Below are positions 25,173-35,194 of a stretch of DNA of 56,442 nt, piece after piece; the stretch's first letter is position 1; each line of letters opens with the position of its first letter. Origin of the DNA: an uncultured Peptoniphilaceae bacterium (GTDB taxonomy: Bacteria; Bacillota; Clostridia; Tissierellales; Peptoniphilaceae); the NCBI GenBank assembly GCA_964344625.1, contig CAYFNZ010000003.1:1-56442 (forward strand). The letters run 5' to 3'. The position numbers and the translations under genes were made by a program. The notes below the pieces were generated by a model that was given only the letters and a program-made list of their open reading frames with translations, was not told the DNA's origin and did not search any database.

Positions 25173-25795
25173 ACTAAACCTAAAATATTAACAAAAAAAT
25201 CTATAAAAACATTGTAAATAGAAAATACAATAGATGATATAAACCTTGTATTTCTATTAAAGACCAAGAAAATTATTAATAAGATATAAAAATATCTTTC
25301 ATACTTGTAGATAAAATACTCAAATTCAATTGGTAAAAAGCTGGCTAAAACCTTGGAACCATCAAGTGGTGGTATTGGTAAAAGGTTAAAAACACAAAAA
25401 AACAAACCATATATTGCTAGGTAGGAAAAGAATTGTTGTAAAATCCCAAGTCTACCATAGAAAAAAACCAAGATAAAAATTGCAACAAAGGCGGTAAGTA
25501 AATTTGTTAAGACGCCTGCTATAGATACTAAAAATAAGCCCTTTCTCCTGTCCTTAAAATTTCTCTCATCAATTGGGACTGGCTTAGCCCAGCCAAATCT
25601 AAAGACGATAAGAAACAATAAACCCGTTAAGTCTATATGCTTAAGAGGATTAAAGCTTAGTCTACCGGCATTTTTTGCTGTGTCATCCCCATTCAAATAA
25701 GCTACATAACCATGGGCAAGCTCGTGGGTTATTACTGTAAATGTAAGGGCAAGAATAAGAGATATTATATCTATTAGTTCTCTAGTATCTATCAT
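25169..25795 (-). CDS. Site-2 protease family (M50) membrane metalloprotease, 208 aa
   Basis: HELAHG zinc motif in a TM helix, and NLLPIPPLDG near the C-terminal half. Confidence 0.82.
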   Translation of the reverse strand: MIDTRELIDIISLILALTFTVITHELAHGYVAYLNGDDTAKNAGRLSFNPLKHIDLTGLLFLIVFRFGWAKPVPIDERNFKDRRKGLFLVSIAGVLTNLLTAFVAIFILVFFYGRLGILQQFFSYLAIYGLFFCVFNLLPIPPLDGSKVLASFLPIEFEYFIYKYERYFYILLIIFLVFNRNTRFISSIVFSIYNVFIDFFVNILGLV

Positions 25796-26340
25796 AAATT
25801 GTACTTCCTTGCGGCATAAAGTATACCTATAATTGATTTTGCATCAGTTATTTCGAAGTTTTCAACCATTTCTAAAGCGTGTTTTAGCGGCATTTTTTCT
25901 GAAGTTAAAAACTCAGTATCATCTAAGCTTAACTTAGATTCTTCAAATTCATCAGCAAAAAATATTGAAAGTTTTTCATCGGTAAAGCCTGGTGAAACAT
26001 AGGCTTCAGCTATTAATTCAAGATTTAATGGCTTTAGACCAATTTCTTCTTGAAGTTCCCTAGAAGCTGCCTTTGAAATATCTTCGCCTGCCTCAACAAG
26101 GCCTGCAGGTATTTCGTAGATTATTTTTTCAATTGGCTTTCTATATTGTCTAACCAAATAGATATTTTGATCCTTATCTACTGCTACAACGGAAACGCCC
26201 CTTGCATGCTCAACTATTTCTCTTTTGGCGTATGCTTGATCAGGAAGTTCGACTGTATCGACCCTTACTTTGATTATCTTACCTTCATAGATTTTTTCTG
26301 ATTTAATTGTATGTTCTTCTATAACTCTTGAATTGTCCAT
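25792..26340 (-). CDS. NUDIX hydrolase, ADP-ribose pyrophosphatase-like, 182 aa
   Basis: Nudix box GLVEAGEDISKAASRELQEEIG. Confidence 0.85.
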   Translation of the reverse strand: MDNSRVIEEHTIKSEKIYEGKIIKVRVDTVELPDQAYAKREIVEHARGVSVVAVDKDQNIYLVRQYRKPIEKIIYEIPAGLVEAGEDISKAASRELQEEIGLKPLNLELIAEAYVSPGFTDEKLSIFFADEFEESKLSLDDTEFLTSEKMPLKHALEMVENFEITDAKSIIGILYAARKYNL

Positions 26341-26343
26341 TTG

Positions 26344-28008
26344 TCACCTCTTAGCATTTTTAATCAATTCTCTTGCAGATTTAAGGCTAGAATCTGTAAT
26401 ATTAGCGCCGCTTATCAGCCTTGCTATCTCTTTAATCCTATCTTCTGAAGTCAACTTTTTAATACTTGACGTGGTGAAATTTTCATCAGTCTTTTTTTCA
26501 ATCATGTAGTGGTTGTCAGCTTTACTAGCAATTTGTGGTAAATGTGTAATTACTATCAATTGTCTTTTCTTTGATATATTTACTAATTTATCACCAACAA
26601 CGTCAGCTGTAAAGCCACTAATACCGGTATCAATCTCGTCGAAGACAATAGTTTGAACTTCTTCACTATCAGCTAGGACCGCCTTTAATGCTAGCATAAA
26701 TCTAGAAATTTCGCCACCAGAAACTACCTTATTTAGACTTTTCATATCCTGACCCTTGTTAGTAGAAATTAAAAAGTCTATTTGATCTTTTCCGGTCTCA
26801 TCTATCTCTTCCTTATCTTCTAAAAGAATTTTGAAACTAAGATTGTTCATATTCATCTGGCTAAGTTCATTAATCATATCTCTTTCTAGTTGATTAATTA
26901 TCTTTTCTCTAATTTCTCTAAGTTCTTTGGATAATTTTATATTATTTTTATTAAGTTTATCCATTTCAAGATAAATCTGGCCCCTTATTTCTTCAATATT
27001 TTTTAGCTCAAGTAGTCTTTCTTTAGAGTGAGATAAAAAATTTTGAATATCTTTGATTTCAGGACCGTATTTTCTTTTTAAGACCTGCAACTTTGAGAAT
27101 ATGTCATCTATTTCTGCAAGTCTTTCTTCGTCTAGGTCTATAGAATAATAGTAGGAATCTATATCTCTAGAAAGCTCATTTATCAATTCTTTTATATCAA
27201 TTAACCTGCTGGTAAATTCCTTTAAGCTGTCATCAAATTCATTGACATCTAAAAGTTTAGAATAAATTTCATTGATTTCATCTTTTAAGGAATTTCTTTG
27301 GTAGCCATCACTCATAATTGACTGAATGAATTTTATTGAAGACAAGATTTCAGTAAGATTACTTAATTTCTTATGCTCCTTATTTAAAGCTTCTTCATCA
27401 TAAGTATCAAAGTCAAACGCTTCGATTTCATCTACTTGAAACTTAAGGATATCAATCTCTCTAAATACTTCATCTTCATCAAGGTCGATGTCATCTAATT
27501 TAACCTTTAACTCCTTTAGAGAAGTCATATTCCTTTTTAAAGCTTCTTTTAGAGAAGAGGTCTTATCATCAAAAGAATCAATAATCTTTAGGTAATTTGA
27601 TTTATTTAAGATGACAAGCTGTGAGTGCTGGCCATGGATATCCATAATAGATTGACTTAAGTCTTCTAATATAGAAAGATTTATAGGCCTATTATTAAGC
27701 TTTATACTAGAAGAGGATTTAGTAAATCTTCTAGTTATTATTAAATTGTCATCAGCATTAATTTCATATGACTTAAGTTTATTTTTTATATTTTCATTTA
27801 CTGAAAAAGAAGCCTCAACAATAGTTTCATCAGAGAAATTGCCGATAAAATTCTTATTAATCCTACCAGCAAGTAAAAGACTAATTGCATTGATTAATAT
27901 ACTCTTACCGGAGCCAGTCTCACCAGAAATAATGTTAAGGCCTTCATCAAAATCAATACTTAATTCATTGAATAAAGCAAAATTTTTGATATAAAGATTT
28001 GTAAGCAT
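26344..28008 (-). CDS. recN: DNA repair protein RecN, 554 aa
   Basis: GETGSGKSILINAISLLLG Walker A, a long coiled coil, and C-terminal SGGEISR / FDEIDTGISG. Confidence 0.95.
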   Translation of the reverse strand: MLTNLYIKNFALFNELSIDFDEGLNIISGETGSGKSILINAISLLLAGRINKNFIGNFSDETIVEASFSVNENIKNKLKSYEINADDNLIITRRFTKSSSSIKLNNRPINLSILEDLSQSIMDIHGQHSQLVILNKSNYLKIIDSFDDKTSSLKEALKRNMTSLKELKVKLDDIDLDEDEVFREIDILKFQVDEIEAFDFDTYDEEALNKEHKKLSNLTEILSSIKFIQSIMSDGYQRNSLKDEINEIYSKLLDVNEFDDSLKEFTSRLIDIKELINELSRDIDSYYYSIDLDEERLAEIDDIFSKLQVLKRKYGPEIKDIQNFLSHSKERLLELKNIEEIRGQIYLEMDKLNKNNIKLSKELREIREKIINQLERDMINELSQMNMNNLSFKILLEDKEEIDETGKDQIDFLISTNKGQDMKSLNKVVSGGEISRFMLALKAVLADSEEVQTIVFDEIDTGISGFTADVVGDKLVNISKKRQLIVITHLPQIASKADNHYMIEKKTDENFTTSSIKKLTSEDRIKEIARLISGANITDSSLKSARELIKNAKR

Positions 28009-28009
28009 G

Positions 28010-28462
28010 TTAAAATGAGATGTTCCTAATTTTTTCTACTATATCTTCAAGGTCATATCCTTCTTCAACTTCTATAAAGATGGTATCATGACCAGTGATT
28101 ATGCCTGCAATTCCATCGATCTTAGCATTTGTGATGGTCCAACCACATACTGTTGCTGTGTAAGATATGGTCTTTAGGATAATCATATTTCTATTTATTT
28201 TTAAGCTTAAAACAGCAGATTTAAATATCTTATTTAATCTTTCATTTAAACTATCATGCATGGTATCCAAAACGGTGTACTTGTACATGCCATCTGGAGT
28301 TTGAACTTTTGTAATTCTAAGCTCTTTAATATCCCTTGAAATAGTAGCTTGTGTAGCGGTAACGCCATTTTCCTTTAGTAATTCAGCTAATTCTTCTTGA
28401 GTTTCAGTATCATGATGTTCAATTAGCGAAAGTATTAATCTTTGTCTGTCATATTTTTTCAT
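28010..28462 (-). CDS. argR: Arginine repressor, 150 aa
   Basis: ETQEELAELLKENGVTATQATISRDIKEL wHTH and the C-terminal GTIAGDDT-like GIITGHDT motif. Confidence 0.9.
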   Translation of the reverse strand: MKKYDRQRLILSLIEHHDTETQEELAELLKENGVTATQATISRDIKELRITKVQTPDGMYKYTVLDTMHDSLNERLNKIFKSAVLSLKINRNMIILKTISYTATVCGWTITNAKIDGIAGIITGHDTIFIEVEEGYDLEDIVEKIRNISF

Positions 28463-28471
28463 ATTACACTC

Positions 28472-29317
28472 CTAATATTTTCTATTGACTAAACTTTTTA
28501 CTAATTCAATTAAAAATTCATTGTTTTCGTATTTTTCTAATATTTCTATAGCTTCTTGGGTAAATGTATTTATTGTTTCTTCAGTCTTTTCTTTGCCCTC
28601 AAAATGAATAAAGGTAATCTTTCCAATTTCTGAGTCCTTTTTCTCATCTAAAAGATCATCTTGAAGTTGGAAACATAGGCCAATTAGCCAGCCTAATCTC
28701 GTCATATCTTTTACTGTTTTTTCGTCAGAGCCAGTAAGGTATGCAGCTGAAACAGTAGCAGCCATTATTAGACCACAAGTTTTTTTCTCATACATGCTAA
28801 TAATATCTTGAGAAGAAACTGAGGCTTCTAATACATCTAAAACTTGACCGCCAATCATGCCATCAACCCCAGCAAAAGTGGCAATTGCTTTAGCTGCAAG
28901 GGCATTATTTTTCATTTCATAAAGATCTATTGACCTAGTTATCTCTTCTAGCATTATCTCATAGGCTTTGTTTAATAGGGCGTCTCCAACTAGGATTGCA
29001 ACGTCTTCCCTATATTGCATATGTACAGTTAGCCTGTCCCTCCTATAGGCATCATCGTCCATGGCTGGAAGGTCATCATGCACTAAAGAATAATTATGGA
29101 TAAGCTCCAAGGCTATAGCCATATTCATAGCACTTCTAATGGGAGTAGCCTTAGATAGCATCTTAGTTGTTTCTAAGAGAATTAAAGGCCTGATTCTTTT
29201 GCCTTCTTCTATAGAATAGTTTAAGGCATCAGTAAAAACCGAACTATCAGTTGAATAAAAATAATCTAAAAAGTGTCTATTAAATTTATTAAGGGCTAAT
29301 TTGTAGGCTTTAAACAT
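28472..29317 (-). CDS. ispA: Polyprenyl (farnesyl/geranylgeranyl) diphosphate synthase, 281 aa
   Basis: First and second Asp-rich motifs, VHDDLPAMDDDAYRR and LQDDLLD. Confidence 0.9.
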   Translation of the reverse strand: MFKAYKLALNKFNRHFLDYFYSTDSSVFTDALNYSIEEGKRIRPLILLETTKMLSKATPIRSAMNMAIALELIHNYSLVHDDLPAMDDDAYRRDRLTVHMQYREDVAILVGDALLNKAYEIMLEEITRSIDLYEMKNNALAAKAIATFAGVDGMIGGQVLDVLEASVSSQDIISMYEKKTCGLIMAATVSAAYLTGSDEKTVKDMTRLGWLIGLCFQLQDDLLDEKKDSEIGKITFIHFEGKEKTEETINTFTQEAIEILEKYENNEFLIELVKSLVNRKY

Positions 29318-29319
29318 AT

Positions 29320-29505
29320 TTATTCTTTTACCTCTTCAATTTCTAATTTTGATTGGTCTAATATTTCTTTTAATTTAGCGTAAATTTCTTTGCTCTTTTT
29401 ATACTTTTTAATAGATTCATCTAAAGTTAAATCATCATTTTTTAGGCTATCAGATATAGCCTTATATTGAGCTAAATAATCTTCATAGTTTTTTTTATCT
29501 GCCAT
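29320..29505 (-). CDS. xseB: Exodeoxyribonuclease VII small subunit, 61 aa
   Basis: Small helical protein with LDESIKKYKKSKEIY, immediately downstream of and overlapping xseA. Confidence 0.85.
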   Translation of the reverse strand: MADKKNYEDYLAQYKAISDSLKNDDLTLDESIKKYKKSKEIYAKLKEILDQSKLEIEEVKE

Positions 29506-30673
29506 CTAATCTCTCCAAAACTTTTATCCTGTAAGCCACCTTGTCATTTTTCATTAAGTATTCTTTATCAGGACTCAAATTATTTACATCTGCAAGTTCA
29601 CCGTCTAGGTCAAGGATTTTCATCATATTTTCATGTAAAATCCTATTGATTTCATCCTCTATTTGATTTTTAAGTTTACTTATTTCTTCATGGTGGTCGA
29701 ATAACTTATTGGTTAAAAAATCATAGTTGTTTTTGTCTATGATGGATAAGTCTCTATAGCTGGTCTCTATAAACGCCTTAGGAGAATGCCTTTCAAGCTC
29801 AAATTTATTTAAATCTAAGAGATAAACCTGTTTTTCGATTGAGCTTTTTATTGTCTTATTGATGTCATTATTTAGATTCTGAATCAATATCTTACTGTCC
29901 ATAAAGCCACTGATAATATATTCAGCCGCTTTAGTAGGTGTAGAAACCCTTAAATCGCTGACTAAGTCTGTTATGGTAGTATCAATTTCATGACCTACAG
30001 CCGATATAATCGGAGTTTGGGCTAAAAAGATTGTATCAGCTATTTTTTCATCATTAAAAATAGACAAATCTTCACTCGACCCACCACCTCTTGTAATAAC
30101 TATAAGGTCCAAATTCATCTTATCTAGGCTGGTAATAGCATTAATAATTTGAAGACTAGCCTCACTTCCTTGGACACTTGTGTGATACAAGAAGATATCT
30201 CCTATGGGGTAGTTTTCTTCTAATATAGACAAGAAGTCAACAACCGCAGCAGATTTTGAACTGGTAACAAGCCCTATCCTATGAGGATAAAGAGGAATTT
30301 GTTTTTTTCTAATAGGGTCAAAGTAGCCTTTTTTGTCTAATTTTTCCTTAAGTTTTTGCAATCTAAAATAGGCTTGGCCCTGACCAACTATTTCAGCATT
30401 CTTTACGTGGATTTGATACCTGGAAGCCCTAGAATAAAGTCCTATTGCTCCTGTTACAATGATGGAATCTCCATTTTCAAAATCCAAGTCATTAGAAAAA
30501 TATACGCAATTTATTAGGTCCTCTTTTTCTTTTAAATCGAAATAAGTATATTCGTTTCTTCTTAAATTTGTGACTTCACCTATGACATAAATGTTTCTTA
30601 ATATAGGATCTTGGCTAAGTTCAGTTTTTATATAATGGTTAAGTACTTTTACGCCTATAGGTTTTCTCATCAT
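29495..30673 (-). CDS. xseA: Exodeoxyribonuclease VII large subunit, 392 aa
   Basis: N-terminal OB fold (VIGEVTNLRR..YFDLKE), GLVTS..AAV.DF and ITRGGGS motifs. Confidence 0.9.
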   Translation of the reverse strand: MMRKPIGVKVLNHYIKTELSQDPILRNIYVIGEVTNLRRNEYTYFDLKEKEDLINCVYFSNDLDFENGDSIIVTGAIGLYSRASRYQIHVKNAEIVGQGQAYFRLQKLKEKLDKKGYFDPIRKKQIPLYPHRIGLVTSSKSAAVVDFLSILEENYPIGDIFLYHTSVQGSEASLQIINAITSLDKMNLDLIVITRGGGSSEDLSIFNDEKIADTIFLAQTPIISAVGHEIDTTITDLVSDLRVSTPTKAAEYIISGFMDSKILIQNLNNDINKTIKSSIEKQVYLLDLNKFELERHSPKAFIETSYRDLSIIDKNNYDFLTNKLFDHHEEISKLKNQIEDEINRILHENMMKILDLDGELADVNNLSPDKEYLMKNDKVAYRIKVLERLDGR

Positions 30674-31077
30674 ATATCCTTGTTCTCTTGAATATCCTTA
30701 GCTATAGATGAAAGTATGCCATTTATGAACTTAAAAGAATCTTCTCTTGAGTATTTCTTAGAAATTTCAACAGCTTCATTTATTGAAACGCTCGTAGGGA
30801 CAGATTTATCAAATACAAACTCATTGATTGAAGTCCTTAAGATGGCCTTGTCAGTTCTAGAAATGTTATCAAATGATAGTTTCTTTAGATGTTTTATTAT
30901 TAAGTTATCTATTTCTTCAAGATTAGAGTAGGCTGAAGTAAGAGAGTTTCTTATGAACTTCTCATTCGTAAGCTCATGATTTTCAAGAAGCCTCTCTAAA
31001 TCTTCAAGTTGGTAATTGTTAAAATCCATTTCAAAAAGGACTTTAACAACCCACTCTCTTTGACTTTTTCTATCCAT
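30670..31077 (-). CDS. nusB: Transcription antitermination factor NusB, 135 aa
   Basis: RKSQREWVVKVLFEMDF start and AILRTSINEF, typical of NusB. Confidence 0.9.
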   Translation of the reverse strand: MDRKSQREWVVKVLFEMDFNNYQLEDLERLLENHELTNEKFIRNSLTSAYSNLEEIDNLIIKHLKKLSFDNISRTDKAILRTSINEFVFDKSVPTSVSINEAVEISKKYSREDSFKFINGILSSIAKDIQENKDI

Positions 31078-31092
31078 CTATTAATTCCTTTA

Positions 31093-31650
31093 TTAAACTC
31101 TAGATAAATATTCGTCTGTTCTAGTATCTATTTTAATCTTATCTCCGATGTTAACAAATAGTGGAACATTTATCTTAGCTCCTGTTTCAACAATTGCAGG
31201 TTTAGTTGCTCCTGTAGCAGTGTCACCCTTAAATCCTGGTTCAGTTTCAGTAACTTCAAGTTCAACAAAGTTTGGTGCTTCAACTAAAAATGCCTTTCCT
31301 TGGTAGAACTTAATTGTTGCAGATTCATTTTCCTTAATATATTTAATAGCGTCTTCAACTGATTCGTAATCCAATGGAATTTGATCATAAGTTTCTGGAT
31401 TCATGAAATAATACAAGCTACCATCGTTATATAGGTATTGCATTTGTCTTGTTTCAATTATAGCTTCTTGGAATTTATCATTTGGGTTAAATGTAACGTC
31501 CTTTGCGCCACCGTTCATTACAGACTTGATTTTTGCCCTTACAAAGGCAGCTCCCTTACCTGGCTTAACGTGTTGAAAATCAACTATTTGCCAAACGTCT
31601 CCTTCCCATTCAAATGTTGTTCCTTTTCTTAAATCATTTGCTCCTATCAT
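31093..31650 (-). CDS. efp: Elongation factor P, 185 aa from the ATG with the GGAGG SD
   Basis: [11 protein letters not shown]..., the [14 protein letters not shown] loop, and [13 protein letters not shown]. The ORF-track TTG at 31662 lies on the SD itself. Confidence 0.95.
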   Translation of the reverse strand: MIGANDLRKGTTFEWEGDVWQIVDFQHVKPGKGAAFVRAKIKSVMNGGAKDVTFNPNDKFQEAIIETRQMQYLYNDGSLYYFMNPETYDQIPLDYESVEDAIKYIKENESATIKFYQGKAFLVEAPNFVELEVTETEPGFKGDTATGATKPAIVETGAKINVPLFVNIGDKIKIDTRTDEYLSRV

Positions 31651-31729
31651 ATTTTCCTCCAATTAATATATATTCATTAATAGTATAGCATGTTTTATTT
31701 TAATACTCAATTAATTGTATTAATATAAC

Positions 31730-33160
31730 TTAATTTATTTGATAAGACAAGGCTTCAAATAAGTGTTCAAATTTTATTTCTTGGCTTTGTTCATAATCAG
31801 CTATACTCCTTGCTACCCTGAGTATGTTATGCTTTTCTCTAAGAGAAAGTTTATAAAATTCAACAAATTCTATAAGTTTTTCTTCCAAATTTTCATTTAA
31901 GTTTATAAATCTATTTAATTCTTTTGTATTCAAAAATCCATTATAGGAAAAGGGCCTGTCACCATACCTTGTTTTCTGCATATCCCAAGCTTTTTTAATA
32001 TTTTTTTTAATTTTATCTATATCATATTTATTCTCTTGTTGTGCAATAAATTCTGAGTCGGTCTTTACCTTGATATGAAACCTGTCTGAAAATGGTTTAT
32101 TTATCTTATTTGTAAACCTATTAATCTCCCCTATAGAGCACTTACACTCCTTAAACTTACTGCCCTTATTCCCACATGGGCAGGGGTTTTGGTTGGCAAA
32201 GATTGTTATCCTATCCTTGTTACTGTCATTTTCATCATTTAGGTCCATATATGTCTTTAAGTCATTTAATAGTGAAGTTGGATAAAGGTTTATTTCATCA
32301 AATAATAAAAAGCCTCCTTGATTTATACTTAAAAGAGATCTTTTTGTCTTTGATCCAAAGAATTCCTTGTTACTTGTGCTTTTTTCCACTTCTAGGAAAT
32401 TAACCTTGCTTGAAAAAATTTCTTCCTTATCGATATATGAATTAATCAATAATTGTTCCTTGTAGTTTTGGCTTGGTAAAATTGACTTTGCTGCCTTAAA
32501 GCTTAGGCTTTTTCCAGTGCCTGCTACTCCGCTTACTAAAAGGTGGTGCCTTCCAACAAGAGATATAATTATAGCCCTAATTAATCTTTCTTGTCCTATG
32601 ACGTCATTTAAATCTAGGTCTGATTTTTCAAAGGGTATTTCTTGATTTTTAACTAGCCTCAAATCATATGAAATACCATCTATAAGTTCATTTACATTCT
32701 TAAACATCCTTATCTTGTCAGAAGCTTCATATTTTACTAGCTTTTCATAAAATGGAATATTAATTACTTTATCCTTGTGGTCATTTGCATAGTTTATGAA
32801 AAGATAAGGCATATTTAAGGCTATTAAGTCCCCATTTATTCCCAAGCTTCCAACAAATATTTCATCTTTAAATTCATGGAGATTTAAGATTTTTAATAAG
32901 CATATAAAAATTGGTAAGTCCAACAAGTCATAGTCATACCTTTGGTCAACATCTTCCACATTAAAGATTATATTTTTGTTGGGTAATTTTTGATTATTCA
33001 TTTTAAATATGGAATTTATTTTTGTTCGAATCTTTCTTTCGTAGCTAGTCGGCACTCCAAGGACTGAAAAAGCAAACATTCCCCTATGAATATTTGCTTC
33101 TATGCTAATTGTTTTTATTGTTTCATTTGTGTAGATTAAAGTTTTGACTCTTGTATACAT
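31730..33160 (-). CDS. comM: YifB/ComM family Mg-chelatase-like AAA+ ATPase, 476 aa (divergent)
   Basis: Walker A GVAGTGKS, Walker B LLFDEINLY, Cys cluster NPCPCGNKGSKFKECKC, and a C-terminal HNILRVARSIADYE helix. Confidence 0.78.
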   Translation of the reverse strand: MYTRVKTLIYTNETIKTISIEANIHRGMFAFSVLGVPTSYERKIRTKINSIFKMNNQKLPNKNIIFNVEDVDQRYDYDLLDLPIFICLLKILNLHEFKDEIFVGSLGINGDLIALNMPYLFINYANDHKDKVINIPFYEKLVKYEASDKIRMFKNVNELIDGISYDLRLVKNQEIPFEKSDLDLNDVIGQERLIRAIIISLVGRHHLLVSGVAGTGKSLSFKAAKSILPSQNYKEQLLINSYIDKEEIFSSKVNFLEVEKSTSNKEFFGSKTKRSLLSINQGGFLLFDEINLYPTSLLNDLKTYMDLNDENDSNKDRITIFANQNPCPCGNKGSKFKECKCSIGEINRFTNKINKPFSDRFHIKVKTDSEFIAQQENKYDIDKIKKNIKKAWDMQKTRYGDRPFSYNGFLNTKELNRFINLNENLEEKLIEFVEFYKLSLREKHNILRVARSIADYEQSQEIKFEHLFEALSYQIN

Positions 33161-34071
33161 GATCGCTCCTTAAATAATAAATCTGCATATTTTTTTATTT
33201 GAGAGCTTTCATCAATCTGAAATTGTAGGCCTTGGTCAGTTATTGGATGGTTAAATTCTAGATAAAAGGACTGAAGTAATTGATGGTCTATACTAAATTC
33301 AGGTTTTTTACCACCATAGTCCTTATCGCCTAAAATCGGCCTATTTATATAGGATAGGTGGACCCTTATCTGATGAGTCCTTCCTGTATGAAGGTCAAGT
33401 TCTAAATACGAATATCCCTTAGTCTCCCATATTACCTTATAGGATGTCTTTGCATACTTGCCGTTTTCAAAATCGACAGCCATAAGCTTTCTATTTCTAG
33501 TATTTCTACCAATTGGATATTCTAGTACACCTTGTTTTTCCTCAAAATTACCTATCGTAATTGCCCTATATTTTTTGACAATGCTTCTTTGCTTAAAACT
33601 ATCTACAAGTTTTTCTGCTGCTTCGTTAGTTTTTGCAACAATCATTAAGCCACAAGTGTTAAAATCAAGCCTGTGGACAATACCAAGCCTATCATCACCA
33701 TTGATATCTGATAAGGTATCAAAACGAAATAGCAAGGCATTTACCAGGGTATTAGACCTGATAGTTGAAGTTGGATGGCTAAGCATCCCTACCGGTTTAT
33801 TAATAACAGCTAGATAATCATCTTCATACATTACATCTAGATATATGTTTTCTTTTTCAAGAGGTTTTATCTCTAAGTCTTGTAAATTTAAGTCAATCTG
33901 ATCAAAAAGCTTCAATAAATAGCTTGCTTTGACAGGCTTTTCATTAACTTTTACCAAACCGCTTTTAATAAGCTTGCTTAACTTGGATCTAGAATAATCT
34001 TCAAAATAATCAGACAAGAAGCTGTCTATCCTAATATTTGTATTAGTCTCATCTTTTATTTTTATTATCAT
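33136..34071 (-). CDS. rluD: 23S rRNA pseudouridine synthase, RluA/RluD family
   Basis: S4 domain, HRLDFNTCGLMIVAK, and GRTHQIRVHL. I prefer the ATG at 34071, which forms an ATGA overlap with the ung stop. Confidence 0.9.
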   Translation of the reverse strand: MIIKIKDETNTNIRIDSFLSDYFEDYSRSKLSKLIKSGLVKVNEKPVKASYLLKLFDQIDLNLQDLEIKPLEKENIYLDVMYEDDYLAVINKPVGMLSHPTSTIRSNTLVNALLFRFDTLSDINGDDRLGIVHRLDFNTCGLMIVAKTNEAAEKLVDSFKQRSIVKKYRAITIGNFEEKQGVLEYPIGRNTRNRKLMAVDFENGKYAKTSYKVIWETKGYSYLELDLHTGRTHQIRVHLSYINRPILGDKDYGGKKPEFSIDHQLLQSFYLEFNHPITDQGLQFQIDESSQIKKYADLLFKERSCIQESKL

Positions 34072-34733
34072 TCTAAACTCCAATCTATAGGCTCAATAGC
34101 TCTATCTTTCAAGTATGAATTAGCTTTTGAAAAAGGCTTAGATCCGAAAAAGGAATGCCTTGCAGATAGCGGTGATGGATGTGAGGATTCGATTATAAAG
34201 TGTCTATCTGAATCTATCAGGGATTTTTTCTTAATTGCAAAATTTCCCCAAAGAATAAAAACCACATTTTCCTTATTATCAGAAATGTATTTAATAATAG
34301 AGTCTGTAAAAATTGACCACGAATACTTGAGGTGGGAATTTGGCTTTTTCTCTTCTACACTAAGACCTGAATTTAAGAGAAAAACTCCTTTCTTAGCCCA
34401 CTTGCTAAGGTCGCCTGAATCAGAAATCGTAAAACCCAGGTCAGACTGTAATTCCTTGTAAATATTTTTTAAGGATGGTGGGAGTTTAACCCCCTTTTTT
34501 ACAGAAAATGCTAACCCATTTGCTTGTCCTGGATTGTAATATGGATCTTGCCCTAGAATGACAAGCTTTATATCATCAAAACTTGTAAGCTCAAAGGCCT
34601 TGAATATATCATTTTTTTCAGGATAGATATTTTTTTCTAATCTTTCTTTATCAATTGATTTAATAATATCTTCAAGTTTTTCAATTCCAAATACTTCATC
34701 TACTATTAAGTCCCAATCCCTACTTATTAACAT
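34068..34733 (-). CDS. ung: Uracil-DNA glycosylase (family 1)
   Basis: GQDPYY, GVFLLNS and HPSPLSA motifs. The start is uncertain: ORF-track TTG at 34748, or the preferred ATG at 34733 with a GGTGA SD. Confidence 0.88.
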   Translation of the reverse strand: MLISRDWDLIVDEVFGIEKLEDIIKSIDKERLEKNIYPEKNDIFKAFELTSFDDIKLVILGQDPYYNPGQANGLAFSVKKGVKLPPSLKNIYKELQSDLGFTISDSGDLSKWAKKGVFLLNSGLSVEEKKPNSHLKYSWSIFTDSIIKYISDNKENVVFILWGNFAIKKKSLIDSDRHFIIESSHPSPLSARHSFFGSKPFSKANSYLKDRAIEPIDWSLE

Positions 34734-35187
34734 CTGTATCACCATCAAAGAAAATTACATAGATAGCTATGACTATTGCAGTAACTGTAAGATACATGTC
34801 AGCTAGATTGAAAACAGGAAAATTATATAAACCATTTAATGGTGAAAAGATAAAGTCAACTACAAATCCATGAGTTAACCTATCTATCAAATTTCCTAAA
34901 GCTCCTGCTATTATTATAGCAAGACTTAGCTTATAAAAACTGTTAATATTATTACGATTTTGTAACAATATTATTGCCATAGCAATTACGAAGACACTAG
35001 CTAAGATGGTAAAGACCCAAGGCTTGGTATTTAAGAAGCCAAAGGCTGCCCCCCTATTTTCCAGATAAGTAAAATAGAGCCAATTTGGTATTACTTCGAC
35101 CATTTCTTGCCCTTTAAAATGGGCAATAGCGTAGTACTTCGTAGCTTGATCTAAAATTACTAAAATTATTGGAAGTATTATATACAT
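34720..35187 (-). CDS. lspA: Lipoprotein signal peptidase (signal peptidase II), 155 aa
   Basis: NRGAAFGFL and FNLADMYLT motifs, and four TM segments. Confidence 0.9.
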   Translation of the reverse strand: MYIILPIILVILDQATKYYAIAHFKGQEMVEVIPNWLYFTYLENRGAAFGFLNTKPWVFTILASVFVIAMAIILLQNRNNINSFYKLSLAIIIAGALGNLIDRLTHGFVVDFIFSPLNGLYNFPVFNLADMYLTVTAIVIAIYVIFFDGDTDVNK

Positions 35188-35194
35188 ATTTCAC

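Noticed and set aside
33458-33817. 119-aa plus-strand ORF antisense to rluD
   Set aside because: Long for an AT-rich genome, but it has no SD and an S/L/F-rich composition. It is fully nested in a gene with conserved motifs. I treat it as a frame-complement artefact.
34681-34800. My manual base indexing of these two sequence lines disagreed by 1 nt with the ORF track for ung and lspA, which looked like an apparent frameshift
   Set aside because: Both ORFs are continuous in the supplied track and the flanking lines are consistent with it. I attribute the discrepancy to my reading, not to biology, and I used ORF-track arithmetic for coordinates there.
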